A stretch of 64,000 nt of DNA from Nitrospirota bacterium. Its GTDB lineage: Bacteria; Nitrospirota; Thermodesulfovibrionia; Thermodesulfovibrionales; JdFR-86. The notes beneath the pieces are model-generated. The model ran no database searches. It had not been told where the DNA came from and saw only the letters and a program-made list of their open reading frames with translations. The DNA lies in contig CAVRJY010000001.1 in assembly GCA_963721805.1 (NCBI GenBank), positions 32,001 to 96,000 on the forward strand. Reading direction: 5' to 3'. Position numbers and translations under genes: made by a program. Within the stretch, counting starts at the first letter, position 1. Each line of letters starts with the position of its first letter. Shown here piece after piece: positions 10,214 to 19,753 of this stretch.

Positions 10214-10813
10214 GTGAAGCTCCCCGTGGCAAGCCACGGGGCATCCGTGGCGCAGCTATAAGTCCAGCTGCGCAGGCAATTGCTTCTCTGCTCTGTGGCC
10301 GCGTATGTATTTGCGGATCATTTCCGAGGTCAAGCTGTCCCCGACTGTCCGCGCAAAGTACCCATCCTCCCACAGCTCACCCTTCCATAGTCTTTGCCTC
10401 AGCGATGGGTATTGCTTGAACAGCTCACGGGCGCTGATACTTTTCAGGGTTCTGACCACCACCCCTATCGAGTACCGTGGCGGGAACGATAGAAATATAT
10501 GCACATGGTCCTCCGCCACTTCCATCTCCACTATCTCATATTCATACTCTTCAGCTATCTCCCTGAAAAGTTCCGCGCACCGCTCGCGCATGTAACTTTG
10601 CGCGAACAGTCTCTTGCGATACTTAGGACACCATACCAGATGGTACCCGGTGTCATATACAGCGTGACTCGTCCTGCGTAACCCCATGCCTCATGATAGC
10701 CCGCAATTGCCTCGGCGGGAAAGGGGGACTTCCAGCCCCCCTTACATCCCCCCGGCAGGGATGCCATTCATCCCCGTGGCAAGCCACGGGGCATACTGGC
10801 ATGGTTTTCGTTA
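10214..10813 (-). mobile_element. IS200/IS605-family element, tnpA only (ends approximate)
   Basis: Identical 24-nt subterminal hairpins TCCCCGTGGCAAGCCACGGGGCAT at 10221-10244 and 10771-10794 bracket a Y1 transposase. The minus-strand right end reads GGGAGCTTCAC. Confidence 0.85.
10256..10687 (-). CDS. tnpA: IS200-family Y1 (HUH) transposase
   Basis: YHLVWCPKYRK, DHVH (HUH), LWEDGYFARTVG...IRKYI. Confidence 0.93.
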   Translation of the reverse strand: MGLRRTSHAVYDTGYHLVWCPKYRKRLFAQSYMRERCAELFREIAEEYEYEIVEMEVAEDHVHIFLSFPPRYSIGVVVRTLKSISARELFKQYPSLRQRLWKGELWEDGYFARTVGDSLTSEMIRKYIRGHRAEKQLPAQLDL

Positions 10814-10962
10814 ATCAAAAACGCACGTTTTCTAATTTTTCCTATTAGCTTCGGTTTATATATAAACCGTAGTTGGATCGACATTTTGTGCGGAGTGTGC
10901 TTCAATACGGAATGGGCCAGATAAGGTCATATTGGAGGGCGCGGAAAGCACTCGACGGCATC

Positions 10963-11178
10963 CGGAAAAATGCCTTTGAGTGCCCGGTTGGCGCATCCGA
11001 ACAAAACCCCGAAAAACCGGCTAAAACATCCGAACATCCGAACACCCTCAAAACAAGAAAATGTAGGCTTTTCGCATGGTTTCACACTATTTTACGCCCA
11101 ACATCCGAACAAAAACGGCAAAAACGCGCGCGCACGCGCGCGGAATGCATAACTATACCTATGACCGGCCCTCAAATC
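10963..11178 (+). repeat. Leader with four ATCCGAACA motifs, homologous to 48761-48956 (reverse strand)
   Basis: ATCCGAACA at 10995, 11028, 11036 and 11103. Shares GGAAAATGCxTTTGA and AAAACGCGCGCGC blocks with the second locus. Confidence 0.75.
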
Positions 11179-11352
11179 ATGCCGTTGACCTTGTGGGGTG
11201 CGGGGGGCTTCCGTCATCCTCTCCCCCCGAAAGCGCGCCCAAATCGACTTCAGACAAGGCAGGGCGAGAAGACCGCCCGATGGTGTACTTGGGCGTACAT
11301 AGAGGGCGAGTCTTCGATGCCCAACGCAGTATCAAGCGATTTGGCGCGCTTT
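11175..11352 (+). repeat. R element copy (subtype A)
   Basis: ATGCCGTTGACC...AAAGCGCGCCCAAATCG...CGATTTGGCGCGCTTT. Confidence 0.9.
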
Positions 11353-11380
11353 GAAAGACCGTGCATGAAGGAGGTAAGCG

Positions 11381-11815
11381 ATGTTAAAAGAATTTAAAGA
11401 GTTCGCAGTTAGGGGCAACGTCGTGGATATGGCCGTCGGTATCGTGATCGGCGCTGCCTTCGGCAAGATCGTGACCTCGTTCGTGAGCGACATGCTCATG
11501 CCGCCCATCGGCCTGCTGATGGGCAAGGTCGATTTCTCGAACCTGTTTATCAACCTATCGGCCACGTCATATGGCACGCTCGCCGAGGCCAAGGCCGCCG
11601 GGGCACCGACGCTGAACTACGGCCTGTTCTTGAACACGCTGATCGACTTCGTGATCGTGGCGTTCGCGATATTCCTCTTCGTGCGCCAGATGAACCGCCT
11701 GCGCCGCTCGGAGGCGCCTCCGCCGCCCGCGACAAAGGACTGCGCATACTGCCTGTCGGCCATACCGGTATTGGCGACGCGCTGCCCGCATTGTACGTCC
11801 GAGCTAAAGGGCTGA
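11381..11815 (+). CDS. mscL: Large-conductance mechanosensitive channel with C-terminal zinc ribbon
   Basis: [31 protein letters not shown]; tail CAYC...CPHC. Confidence 0.93.
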   Translation: MLKEFKEFAVRGNVVDMAVGIVIGAAFGKIVTSFVSDMLMPPIGLLMGKVDFSNLFINLSATSYGTLAEAKAAGAPTLNYGLFLNTLIDFVIVAFAIFLFVRQMNRLRRSEAPPPPATKDCAYCLSAIPVLATRCPHCTSELKG

Positions 11816-11876
11816 GAGGCCGTCTGGCCTCTCTTGCTAACGGCATGTTACCTTGGGAGGGAGGGAGAGGGGGTTG

Positions 11877-12344
11877 CTAGTAGATCGAGCGGATGCGGCC
11901 GGTCCTGCGGTCGAAGATCACGGTGTCGATGACCTTGTTGCCGAGCACGACGTCGGCCCTGATGAACCGGCCCGCGCCCAGGATGTGCTGGACCCCCATG
12001 CCGCGCTCGTGGAAATAGGCCATAAGGGCCTCCTCGGCCTGCTGGGACATCATCACGACCGGGTGCCTGAACCCCTCGCCGCCGGTGCTCTCACCGCCGT
12101 AATGGGTGCACTTGGCGCAGTAATCGCCGTAGGGTACGACGGTGTTGCTGACGTCGCCGGCTATCGCGGCCGAAGCGGTCGAAAGTACGACGAAGAGGGC
12201 GAGGCCCGAGAGCGTGCGGCGCGTCAGCCTTGTTGCGGGTAGGTGCCTGAGGCCCGTCCCTCCACGGAGGGTTGGGGAAGGGACGGGCCTTCGGCTGGAT
12301 ACTGCCCCTGTCCTTGGGGGGTGGGATGGAGCAGTTTTACACAC
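11877..12344 (-). CDS. Small exported hypothetical protein (PepSY-like C-terminus; start uncertain)
   Basis: Signal-like LALFVVLSTASAAIA, CxxC, and C-terminal IDTVIFDRRTGRIRSIY. Confidence 0.5.
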   Translation of the reverse strand: MCKTAPSHPPRTGAVSSRRPVPSPTLRGGTGLRHLPATRLTRRTLSGLALFVVLSTASAAIAGDVSNTVVPYGDYCAKCTHYGGESTGGEGFRHPVVMMSQQAEEALMAYFHERGMGVQHILGAGRFIRADVVLGNKVIDTVIFDRRTGRIRSIY

Positions 12345-12357
12345 TTTTTATATGACC

Positions 12358-13047
12358 TTATTGCCTGCAGCCGCAGTTGCCGTGACGCGGTGCGTCACAG
12401 CCGCTCTCATAGCGCTGTCCGCAGTTGCCGCAGCCGCTATCATAGCGCTGGCCGCAGCCGTTGTCGCAGCCGCTATCGCAGGGCTGTCCGCAGTTGCCGC
12501 AGCCGCTGTCATAGCGCTGGCCGCTCATCCCGCAGCCATCATGGCGCTCATGCTGGGGGCAGCCGCTGGGGCCGCCCTGAGACATGCCATACGCGCCACC
12601 GAGCATCGCGGGGCCGCCGCCGGGGTGCTTGGGGCAGCTCTTGACGCCGCCCTGGCCCATCATCCTGTGGTGCATCGGGCCCATGCCCATGCCCACGGGG
12701 CTGTTGCCCATGCCCATGCCGGCCGGCATGCCGAGCTTGTCGGCGAGTTCGGCGCGGAGCTTCTGGAGCTCGGCGCTTATGGCCTCGGCCTGCTTCTGGT
12801 CGCCTTTTCTTACGGCCTCGCGGTAGTCGAACCACTTGTTGTGGATCTCACGGCGCAGGGGTGCGGTCGCATCGAGGGCCTTCTGGACATCCTCGGGGGC
12901 TTTTACGGAATCGTTTAGGGAGGGAACGCCGTCCCATCCCCATACCGGGCCGCCGCCCCACCACGCATATGCGGCACCGCTCATCGACAGCAGGCCGACG
13001 ATCAGCGCGGCAATCAGCATCCTTTTATTTCCGAAGTATCTGCTCAA
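12358..13047 (-). CDS. Periplasmic Spy/CpxP/ZraP-like protein with Cys/Gly-rich repeat tail
   Basis: Signal peptide (AAYA), helical LDATAPLRREI...ELQKLRAEL, Met/Gly-rich linker, and GQRYDSGCGNC-type repeats. Confidence 0.65.
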   Translation of the reverse strand: MSRYFGNKRMLIAALIVGLLSMSGAAYAWWGGGPVWGWDGVPSLNDSVKAPEDVQKALDATAPLRREIHNKWFDYREAVRKGDQKQAEAISAELQKLRAELADKLGMPAGMGMGNSPVGMGMGPMHHRMMGQGGVKSCPKHPGGGPAMLGGAYGMSQGGPSGCPQHERHDGCGMSGQRYDSGCGNCGQPCDSGCDNGCGQRYDSGCGNCGQRYESGCDAPRHGNCGCRQ

Positions 13048-13095
13048 TCAAGCCTCCTGGAACCGCCTTGTATGGTATAAGCCTACCATTTAACT

Positions 13096-13135
13096 TTGAA
13101 GACCATTTGAAGTAATTATGAAATCATTATGAAGG
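13096..13135 (-). promoter_or_regulatory. Four direct repeats at 11-bp period (putative OmpR/PhoB-family operator)
   Basis: TGAA at 13097, 13108, 13119 and 13130 (TTGAAG/TTGAAG/ATGAAA/ATGAAG). Confidence 0.55.
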
Positions 13136-13210
13136 CCTCTAATGCAAGCCCGCTTGCCACGGCCGCGGGGCGGGGGTTACAATCATAGCTGCCGCAGGGG
13201 AGGTATTACG

Positions 13211-13810
13211 ATGAAGATCATGCGCGCCACGGATCCGCGCGCCCTGGACGAGGCCGTACGCGTGCTCGCGATAGGCGGTGTCGTGGCATACCCGACCGAG
13301 ACCTTCTACGGGCTCGGCGTCAGGTTCGACAACGTCACCGCGCTGGAGAAGCTCGCGTCGCTGAAGGGCCGCGCGGCCGGGAAGGCGTTTCCGCTGATAG
13401 TGGGCGACGAGGCCGTTTTAGCGCTCGTGGCGGCCGAGGTCGGCGAGCAGGCCGAGGCGCTGATCTCGGTATACTGGCCCGGCGCACTTACGATCCTGTT
13501 CCCCGTGCGGCCCGGCCTGCCCGAGCGCATAAGCGCGAACCGCAAGGTCGCGGTGCGTATGCCCGGCGGCGCGTTCGCGCTGACGCTTGCCAAGGCGGCC
13601 GGTGTGCCTGTCACCTCTACGAGCGCCAACCCAGGCGCGATGTACCCGCCGGTCACGGCCGGCGAGGTAATGCGGTATTTCATGGCCGGGGGCGTGGACC
13701 TCCTGATCGACGGCGGCACGACGGCCGGGGGCGAGCCCTCGACCATAGTGGACGCCAGCGGCCCGGAGATCAAGCTCGTGCGCAAGGGCGCGGTGCGGCT
13801 CATTGACTGA
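13211..13810 (+). CDS. tsaC: L-threonylcarbamoyladenylate synthase (Sua5/YrdC)
   Basis: GGVVAYPTETFYGLG, KGR, STSANP, PSTIVD. Confidence 0.9.
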   Translation: MKIMRATDPRALDEAVRVLAIGGVVAYPTETFYGLGVRFDNVTALEKLASLKGRAAGKAFPLIVGDEAVLALVAAEVGEQAEALISVYWPGALTILFPVRPGLPERISANRKVAVRMPGGAFALTLAKAAGVPVTSTSANPGAMYPPVTAGEVMRYFMAGGVDLLIDGGTTAGGEPSTIVDASGPEIKLVRKGAVRLID

Positions 13811-14231
13811 ACGCGCGCGCGCCCGCTCCGAGGAGATGCGCGCGGCCTACGATGCGGTAAGCCCGTTTATCGAGTCCCACACCGCGCTCATATGCCCGAG
13901 CTGCGAACGCGTCTGCTGCATGGACCGCCACGGGGAATATTCGGCCGAGGACCTCGCGTACCTCTCCGCGCTGGGCGAGCCGCTCCCGGATACGACGCGC
14001 AAAGCCAACGACACCGAGCCCTGCCGGTACATGACCCGGACCGGATGCGGCATCGCGCGCTGGCAGAGGCCCTTCAGGTGCACGTGGTTTTTCTGCGACG
14101 CGCTGCTGGAGGAGATGCCCCGGAAGGACAAGCGCGGCTACAGGAAGTTCATCCAGTCCCTCCGCGAGCTTCAGGCGCTCAGGGCCGAGATCGCGGCGGA
14201 GTTGGAGTTGGACTCTACGAGGGTTCGTTAA
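13803..14231 (+). CDS. Cys-rich hypothetical protein (YkgJ-like Fe/Zn-binding)
   Basis: CPSCERVCC...CRYMTRTGC...RPFRCTWFFC. Confidence 0.6.
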   Translation: MTERARARSEEMRAAYDAVSPFIESHTALICPSCERVCCMDRHGEYSAEDLAYLSALGEPLPDTTRKANDTEPCRYMTRTGCGIARWQRPFRCTWFFCDALLEEMPRKDKRGYRKFIQSLRELQALRAEIAAELELDSTRVR

Positions 14232-15770
14232 AGGCGGTGCAGCGCCGCCCTTTTGCGCGTAGTATATCGCGCGCTTTTGCAATGTCTGCCAGTATCTGCG
14301 CTCGGAGCGCATCGACCGAGGAAAACGCGCGCTCCTCGCGGATGCGGTCGATAAAGTGCATGCGAAGCTCCCGGCCGAGTATGTCGCCCTTGAAGTCCAT
14401 GATATGCACCTCCTGGCTCGGGGCCGCGCCCTTGAACGTCGGGTTGTCGCCTATGTTCGCGGCAGCGTCGTAGAGCACTCCGTCGAGTTCGGCGCGCACC
14501 GCGTAAACGCCCTTTCTTCGGCACGAGTTCGCTTTGCGACTGTATGTTCGCGGTCGGGATGCCGAGAACGGATGAGCCCCGGCCCGCGCCCTTCACGACG
14601 ATGCCGTGTATGGAATAGGCCCGGCCCAGGAGCGTCGATGCCTCGCACACGCGGCCCCAGTTAAGCAGGCTCCGCACACGGCTCGAACTCGCCTTCTCGC
14701 CATTGACCGAGACGCTGCGCACGACGCGCACCTTAAACCCGAGCCTCCTGCCGCGCCGCCTCAGCAGTTCGGTTGTTGCCCTTCCTGCCCTTGCCGAACG
14801 TGTATCCGTGCCCGACCACGACGCCGCGCACGCCGAGCCTCCCTACGAGGACGCCCTCGATAAACTCCTCGGCGTCCATCGAGGCGAACTCGCGCGTAAA
14901 CGGGACGAAGAGCACGCGTTCGGCCCCGGCGCGCATCAAGAGCGCCGCGCGGTCCTCCGGGGTGCAGAGCAGTCTGAGGTCGCGCTCCGGCGCGAGCACC
15001 TTTATCGGGTGGGGGTCGAACGTGAGGGCCATCACGCCGGCGTCGAGGCTGCCGGCCATGTCCGAGGCGGTCGAGATGATGCGGCGGTGACCGGCGTGCA
15101 TCCCGTCGAAGTTCCCTATCGAGACGACCATGCCGCGCGCCGTGCGGTCCACGTTACGGAGCCCCCTGATGACAGCGGTTGGCTGGGGCATAGCGGCGCT
15201 GAGCCTCGGCATGAGTTCGCTGACCTGTGCGGCGAGCGCATCGCGCGTGGTGCGGTTGACGAGCACGTAGTCCGCGCGGCGGACCTTCTCGGCCTCCGGC
15301 CACTGGGCGCGGCGGCGGGCGAGCGAGGCCCTCGAGCTTATGCCGGTCTCGCGGAGCCTCGCGCTCGACAGCGCATGGCCCGATTCGACCACTACGGTGC
15401 GGTCGAAGCGGCCGGCCATGCCCGCCTCGAAAAGCAGCGGCACCTCGATGACCGCTACCTTGGCGCGCACACGCGAGAGAGCGCGCTCGATGCGCTCGAG
15501 CACGAGGGGGTGCAGGAAAGCCTCGAGGCGGGCGCGCGCGTCGTCGTCCGCGAATATGGCCTTGGCGATCGCGCACTTGTCGGCCGCTCCCTGCGGCGTC
15601 ACGGCCTGTGGCCCGATGATCGAGCGGACTTTGGCAAGGACCTCCGGTTCTTCGAGCAGCGAGGCCACGACGTCGTCGGCCGAGAGCGTAAAGGCCCCCT
15701 CGCGCCTGAATTCCCCAAGCGCCGTGCTCTTACCCGAGCCGTAGTTTCCTGTGAGCCCGACCCTGACCAT
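14215..15770 (-). CDS. coaE-ribF: Dephospho-CoA kinase fused to bifunctional FAD synthetase/riboflavin kinase (apparent frameshifts at ~14775 and ~14515)
   Basis: VGLTGNYGSGKST and EVPLLFE are in frame with IGNFDGMHAGH and TFDPHP. Downstream frames give SSSRVR, LGIPTAN and EVHIMDF. Confidence 0.8.
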
Positions 15771-15869
15771 GACAGGTATTATACACTTCACGGCACAATG
15801 GGGATAATGCCCATAAGCGGGATGTATTATAATATCGGGGCGATACAATAACGACTTGCGAGGTGAGAG

Positions 15870-16265
15870 ATGGAGAAAGCCGAGCTTAAACAGGCGCTGG
15901 CCGTAAGCCTCAAGGAATCCGACGAGGCGGCCGCCTCGATAGCCGGGCGCGTGCTGGCATGCGCCAACGCCCTGCGCACGAACCCAGGCCGCGAGACTCT
16001 CGGCATGGTGGCCTCAGTTGCCGAGGACCTCGGCAGCCTGGCAGAGCTCGTCCGCAACATGCGCGTCTCGTCGCTGGGGCTCGGGCTCTCCTCCGGCGAC
16101 GCGTTTTCGGCCTGGGACCGGAGCGTCGTGCACTTCAGCGAGATGGTCGCCGCGTTCGGCCGCCAGGACTGGGGCGCGCTGGCCGATCTGCTGCAGTACG
16201 AGATCCACCCCCTGCTGCTCGATACCCGCAAAGGGCTTGGCTCGATGCTCGACGCACTTAAGTGA
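15870..16265 (+). CDS. Hypothetical protein
   Basis: RBS GAGGTGA; ends with DWGALADLLQYEIHP. Confidence 0.6.
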   Translation: MEKAELKQALAVSLKESDEAAASIAGRVLACANALRTNPGRETLGMVASVAEDLGSLAELVRNMRVSSLGLGLSSGDAFSAWDRSVVHFSEMVAAFGRQDWGALADLLQYEIHPLLLDTRKGLGSMLDALK

Positions 16266-16331
16266 AAGCCGTATTCGGTCGATATTAACTCATGGGTATA
16301 ACCATGCGGCAGAGGGCTAAGGGGGGAGCAT

Positions 16332-17221
16332 ATGCTTAAGTTTCACGCCGAGGCGACCGTGCAGTGGCGGTTTCCGGACGAGAAGGTCTTCTACGCGGCC
16401 CGCATCGTCTCGCAGGGCGAGGCCCAGCTCGCGCTCCGCATGCTGGACCGCCCCGGCCGCACCCCTGTCAAGGGCCAGGACCTCGTGCTGCGCGTCGACG
16501 TCGACGACTACCATACGGAGGTCCTCGAGACCTCAGACGGCGCCACGCTGTTTCTCAGGCCGGTCATGAGCGAGCAGCGCCGGTACTTCCGCGTGGACGA
16601 CTACTTCCCTGTTATCGCCAGAAAGAGTGCGCGCGGCAAGTCCGCGTCAGGCCGCTCGCGCGTGATCCCGGTCTTCGGGTTCGAGAGCGCGGAGCTGGAA
16701 CTCCCGGAGGAGCTCGACGACCCGGCCCAGATGCGCATCTGGCGGGCCCTGCACGGCCTCAACAGCAAGCTCAGCATCGTGGCCTACCACATGGAGGTCA
16801 CGCAAGACCCCCTCTCCAAGCAGGCCGATCGCGCCGGGCAGATCATAAAGCTCATCGAGCAGGCCGACGCCGAGGCTCGCCTCGGTGATGGAGCAGCTCG
16901 GCATCAGCCGCCAGCGCCTCGCGCGCGCCGAAAACAAGCGCATCAACATCAGCGCCACCGGGATCAGGTTCGTCACGGACGAGCCGCTGCGCGCCGGAGA
17001 CTACCTGGACCTGCGGCTGCTGCTGCCGACCGAGCCACCCGACGGCCATAGTCGCGCGCGCGCGGGTGGTGACGGCCAACGACCTGGGCCAGGGCAGGTT
17101 CGAGGTCGCGCTGAACTTCGCGGACATGGACGAAAACATCCAGGACCTCATCGTGCGCTACGCGATGGACCGCCAGCGCGATCTCGTAAAGCGGGGCCAG
17201 CGCGGCCCGGTCGAGGACTAG
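16332..17221 (+). CDS. PilZ-domain (c-di-GMP-binding) protein, apparent frameshifts at ~16880 and ~17040
   Basis: EQRRYFRV (RxxxR) and INISATG (D/NxSxxG) PilZ motifs split across frames. Confidence 0.75.
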
Positions 17222-17224
17222 CCC

Positions 17225-17984
17225 ATGGACCCGGCCGCGATATTCGGCCTCCTGATCGGCCTTGCTGCGGTAGTGCTCGGCAATATGCTCGACGGCGGAA
17301 AGACCGCGGGCATACTTCAGCTCACGGCGGCCGTGATCGTCTTCGGCGGGACGCTCGGGGCTACGATGCTCAGCTACCCGATGCCGTATATCATGAAAGC
17401 CTTGCGCGCGCTCGGCCGTGCGTTCTCTGACCGGCGGCCGGACACCCGCGAGACGGTCTCGGAGCTCGTCGTCTTCGCGGCGCGCGTCAGGCGCACCGGG
17501 CTCCTCTCGATGGAGCCGGAATTCGGCAACATCAGCCGATCCCTTCATGCGCCGGGGCCTGCGGCTGGCGATGGACGGCATATCGCCCTCCACCCTCAGA
17601 GAGACGATGGAGCAGGAGCTCCGGAGCTTCGAGGACGACTCGCGCCGCGCGACCCGGGTGTTCGAGACCGCCGGGGGCTATGCCCCGACGATAGGGATAC
17701 TGGGCGCGGTGCTCGGCCTGATCGAGGTCATGCGCAACCTGGCCGACCCCACGCGCCTCGGGCTCGGGATAGCCGTGGCCTTCGTCTCGACCCTGTACGG
17801 CGTCGGGGTCGCGAACCTCGTCCTGCTGCCCCTGCACCGCAAGCTCCTAAACCTGCTCGAGCTCGAACTCGGCCACCGCGAGATGATCATCGAGGGCGTC
17901 CTGGGCATACAGGGCGGGATGAACCCCCGTTACCTGGAGGACCGCCTCATGGCGCACGTACCCAAAGAGGAGCGCATCAGGTGA
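17225..17984 (+). CDS. motA: Flagellar stator MotA-family protein, set 1 (apparent frameshift ~17535)
   Basis: AAVIVFGGTLGA; GGYAPTIGILGAVLGLI; AFVSTLYGV. Confidence 0.85.
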
Positions 17985-18676
17985 GAAGGCGCTGGCGGAG
18001 GGGAAGCCGCGAGGACCGCGAGAACACTGACCGCTGGATGGTCTCGTACGCGGACTTCGTGACGCTCCTGTTCGCGGTATTCACGACACTCTATGCCCTG
18101 AGCCACCTGGACGTCGGCAAGGTGCAGCAGTTCGCCGGATCGGTGCGCGGCGCGTTTTCGCAGACCGCTCCGCCGGTCACGGAGCAGCCCCCGCCGCTTA
18201 TACCGGGCATCAAGCCCCTGAGCCCGGACGTCACGGGGCTGGAGCGGGAGTTTCAGGAGGTGCTGGCCCCGCTTAAGGACAAAGACTCGATCACGCTGCG
18301 GCGCGACGACGCGGGGGCTGATCGTCTCGCTCGGCGACGCGCTGCTGTTTGAGAGCGGCAGCGCGGACCTCAAGGCCTCGGCGCGCCCGGCGCTGGACGC
18401 CGTAGCCTCGGTTTTGAGGCCCGCCCCAACGAGGTCACGGTCGAGGGCCATACCGACGACGTCGCGATCCATACCGAACGCTTTCCCTCGAACTGGGAGC
18501 TCTCGACGATGAGGGCCACGAACGTCCTGCGCTACCTGACCCAGAACTACGGCCTGCCGGCCGCGCGGTTTTCGGCCGCGGGCTACGGGGAGCAAAGGCC
18601 GATAGCCCCGAACGTAACGCTTGAGGGCAGGACCAAAAACAGAAGGGTTGACATAGTAATACATGTCAGGCAATAA
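17981..18676 (+). CDS. motB: Flagellar stator MotB-family protein, set 1 (apparent frameshifts ~18310 and ~18420)
   Basis: RWMVSYADFVTLLFA; VEGHTDD, NWELS, NRRVDI (OmpA-like domain). Confidence 0.85.
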
Positions 18677-18800
18677 TTTGGTGACGGCGCGGGGGCAGGC
18701 GTCCATGCGCGCGCGGCGTGCGGCTCACATCGTAATGTCCTTGTTATTGTTTAAAGTTCTGGGGGACTTGCGCCGATATGAAAGGCCGGACTGACACGAC

Positions 18801-19650
18801 ATGTTTGCGATAATAGGCATAATAGCGGTTCTTGGGTGCGTCATCGGGGGATACCTGATGGAGCACGGCAACCTCTCGGTCCTGTTCCAGCCGCAGGAGC
18901 TGCTCATCATCGGCGGCGGCGCGACCGGCGCCCTGCTGATAGCTTCGCCCAAGCACGTCATAGCTCGGTATCCTGAGAAACTTCAAGGGCATATTCACCG
19001 GCTCGGCCATATCCAAGTCAGCGTACCTCGAACTGCTGGCGCTACTGAGCCTGATACTCTCCAAAATCCGCAAGGACGGCCTGATCTCGATCGAAGCCGA
19101 CATCGAGAACCCGACCAAGAGCGCGATATTCACGAAGTTCAAGACCGTGCTCAACAACAAGCACGCGCTTGAGTTCCTCTGCGACAACCTCAAGGTCATC
19201 ATCACGGCCAACATGCCGCCGCACGAGCTTGACAGCCTGATGGACATCGACATCGAGGCCCATCACCACGAGGAGATGACCCCGGCAACCAGCCTTGGGA
19301 CAACGGCCGACGGCCTGCCCGGCCTCGGTATCGTCGCCGCGGTCATGGGCGTCGTGCTCACGATGGGCAAGATCGACCAGCCCCCGAAGGTCCTCGGTGA
19401 GAGCATCGGCGCGGCGCTGGTCGGCACGTTCCTCGGCGTCCTGCTGTGCTACGGCTTTGTCGGCCCGATGTCCCAGAACATGACCCACGCCGCAAACGAA
19501 AAAGAGGTCTACCTGCAGGTCATAAAGGTCGTGCTCGTCGCGTTCGTCGGGGGCTCGGCCCCGCAGATGGCCGTCGAGAGCGGACGGCGCGCGATCCCCG
19601 GCTCCTCGCGCCCCTCGTTTAACGAGCTCGAAAAAGCCATAAGGAAGTAG
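18801..19650 (+). CDS. motA: Flagellar stator MotA, set 2 (apparent frameshift ~18965)
   Basis: GGYLMEHGNL...QPQELLIIGG; DGLPGLGIVAAVMGVV; ALVGTFLGVLLCYG. Confidence 0.88.
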
Positions 19651-19663
19651 GTGCCCTATCATG

Positions 19664-19698
19664 CGCTGCAAGTTCTCGCAACGCTCGGATTTGCAGCG
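19664..19698. repeat. Intergenic hairpin with TCGCAACGCTC loop
   Basis: CGCTGCAAGTTC-TCGCAACGCTC-GGATTTGCAGCG; related to 4491-4529. Confidence 0.65.
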
Positions 19699-19753
19699 GC
19701 ACTTCGCTGAACCAGACCTGGTGCCGTTGCCGCGTACAGGGCATGGGTGGTAA

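Noticed and set aside
10690..10960. TnpB or omegaRNA associated with the IS200 element
   Set aside because: The two end hairpins enclose only tnpA; there is no room or ORF for a RuvC protein.
11175..11352. R elements as integron attC sites
   Set aside because: They are bulged hairpins, but lack RYYYAAC/GTTRRRY boxes at the stem base, are not in direct-repeat cassette arrays, and no intI is present.
10873..11397. Recurrent small ORFs (PPKARPNRLQTRQGEKTARW / AGREDRPMVYLGVH) at ~2147, 10873, 20790, 40341, 41692, 43376, 48535
   Set aside because: These are translations of the R repeat; frames, starts and lengths are inconsistent between copies.
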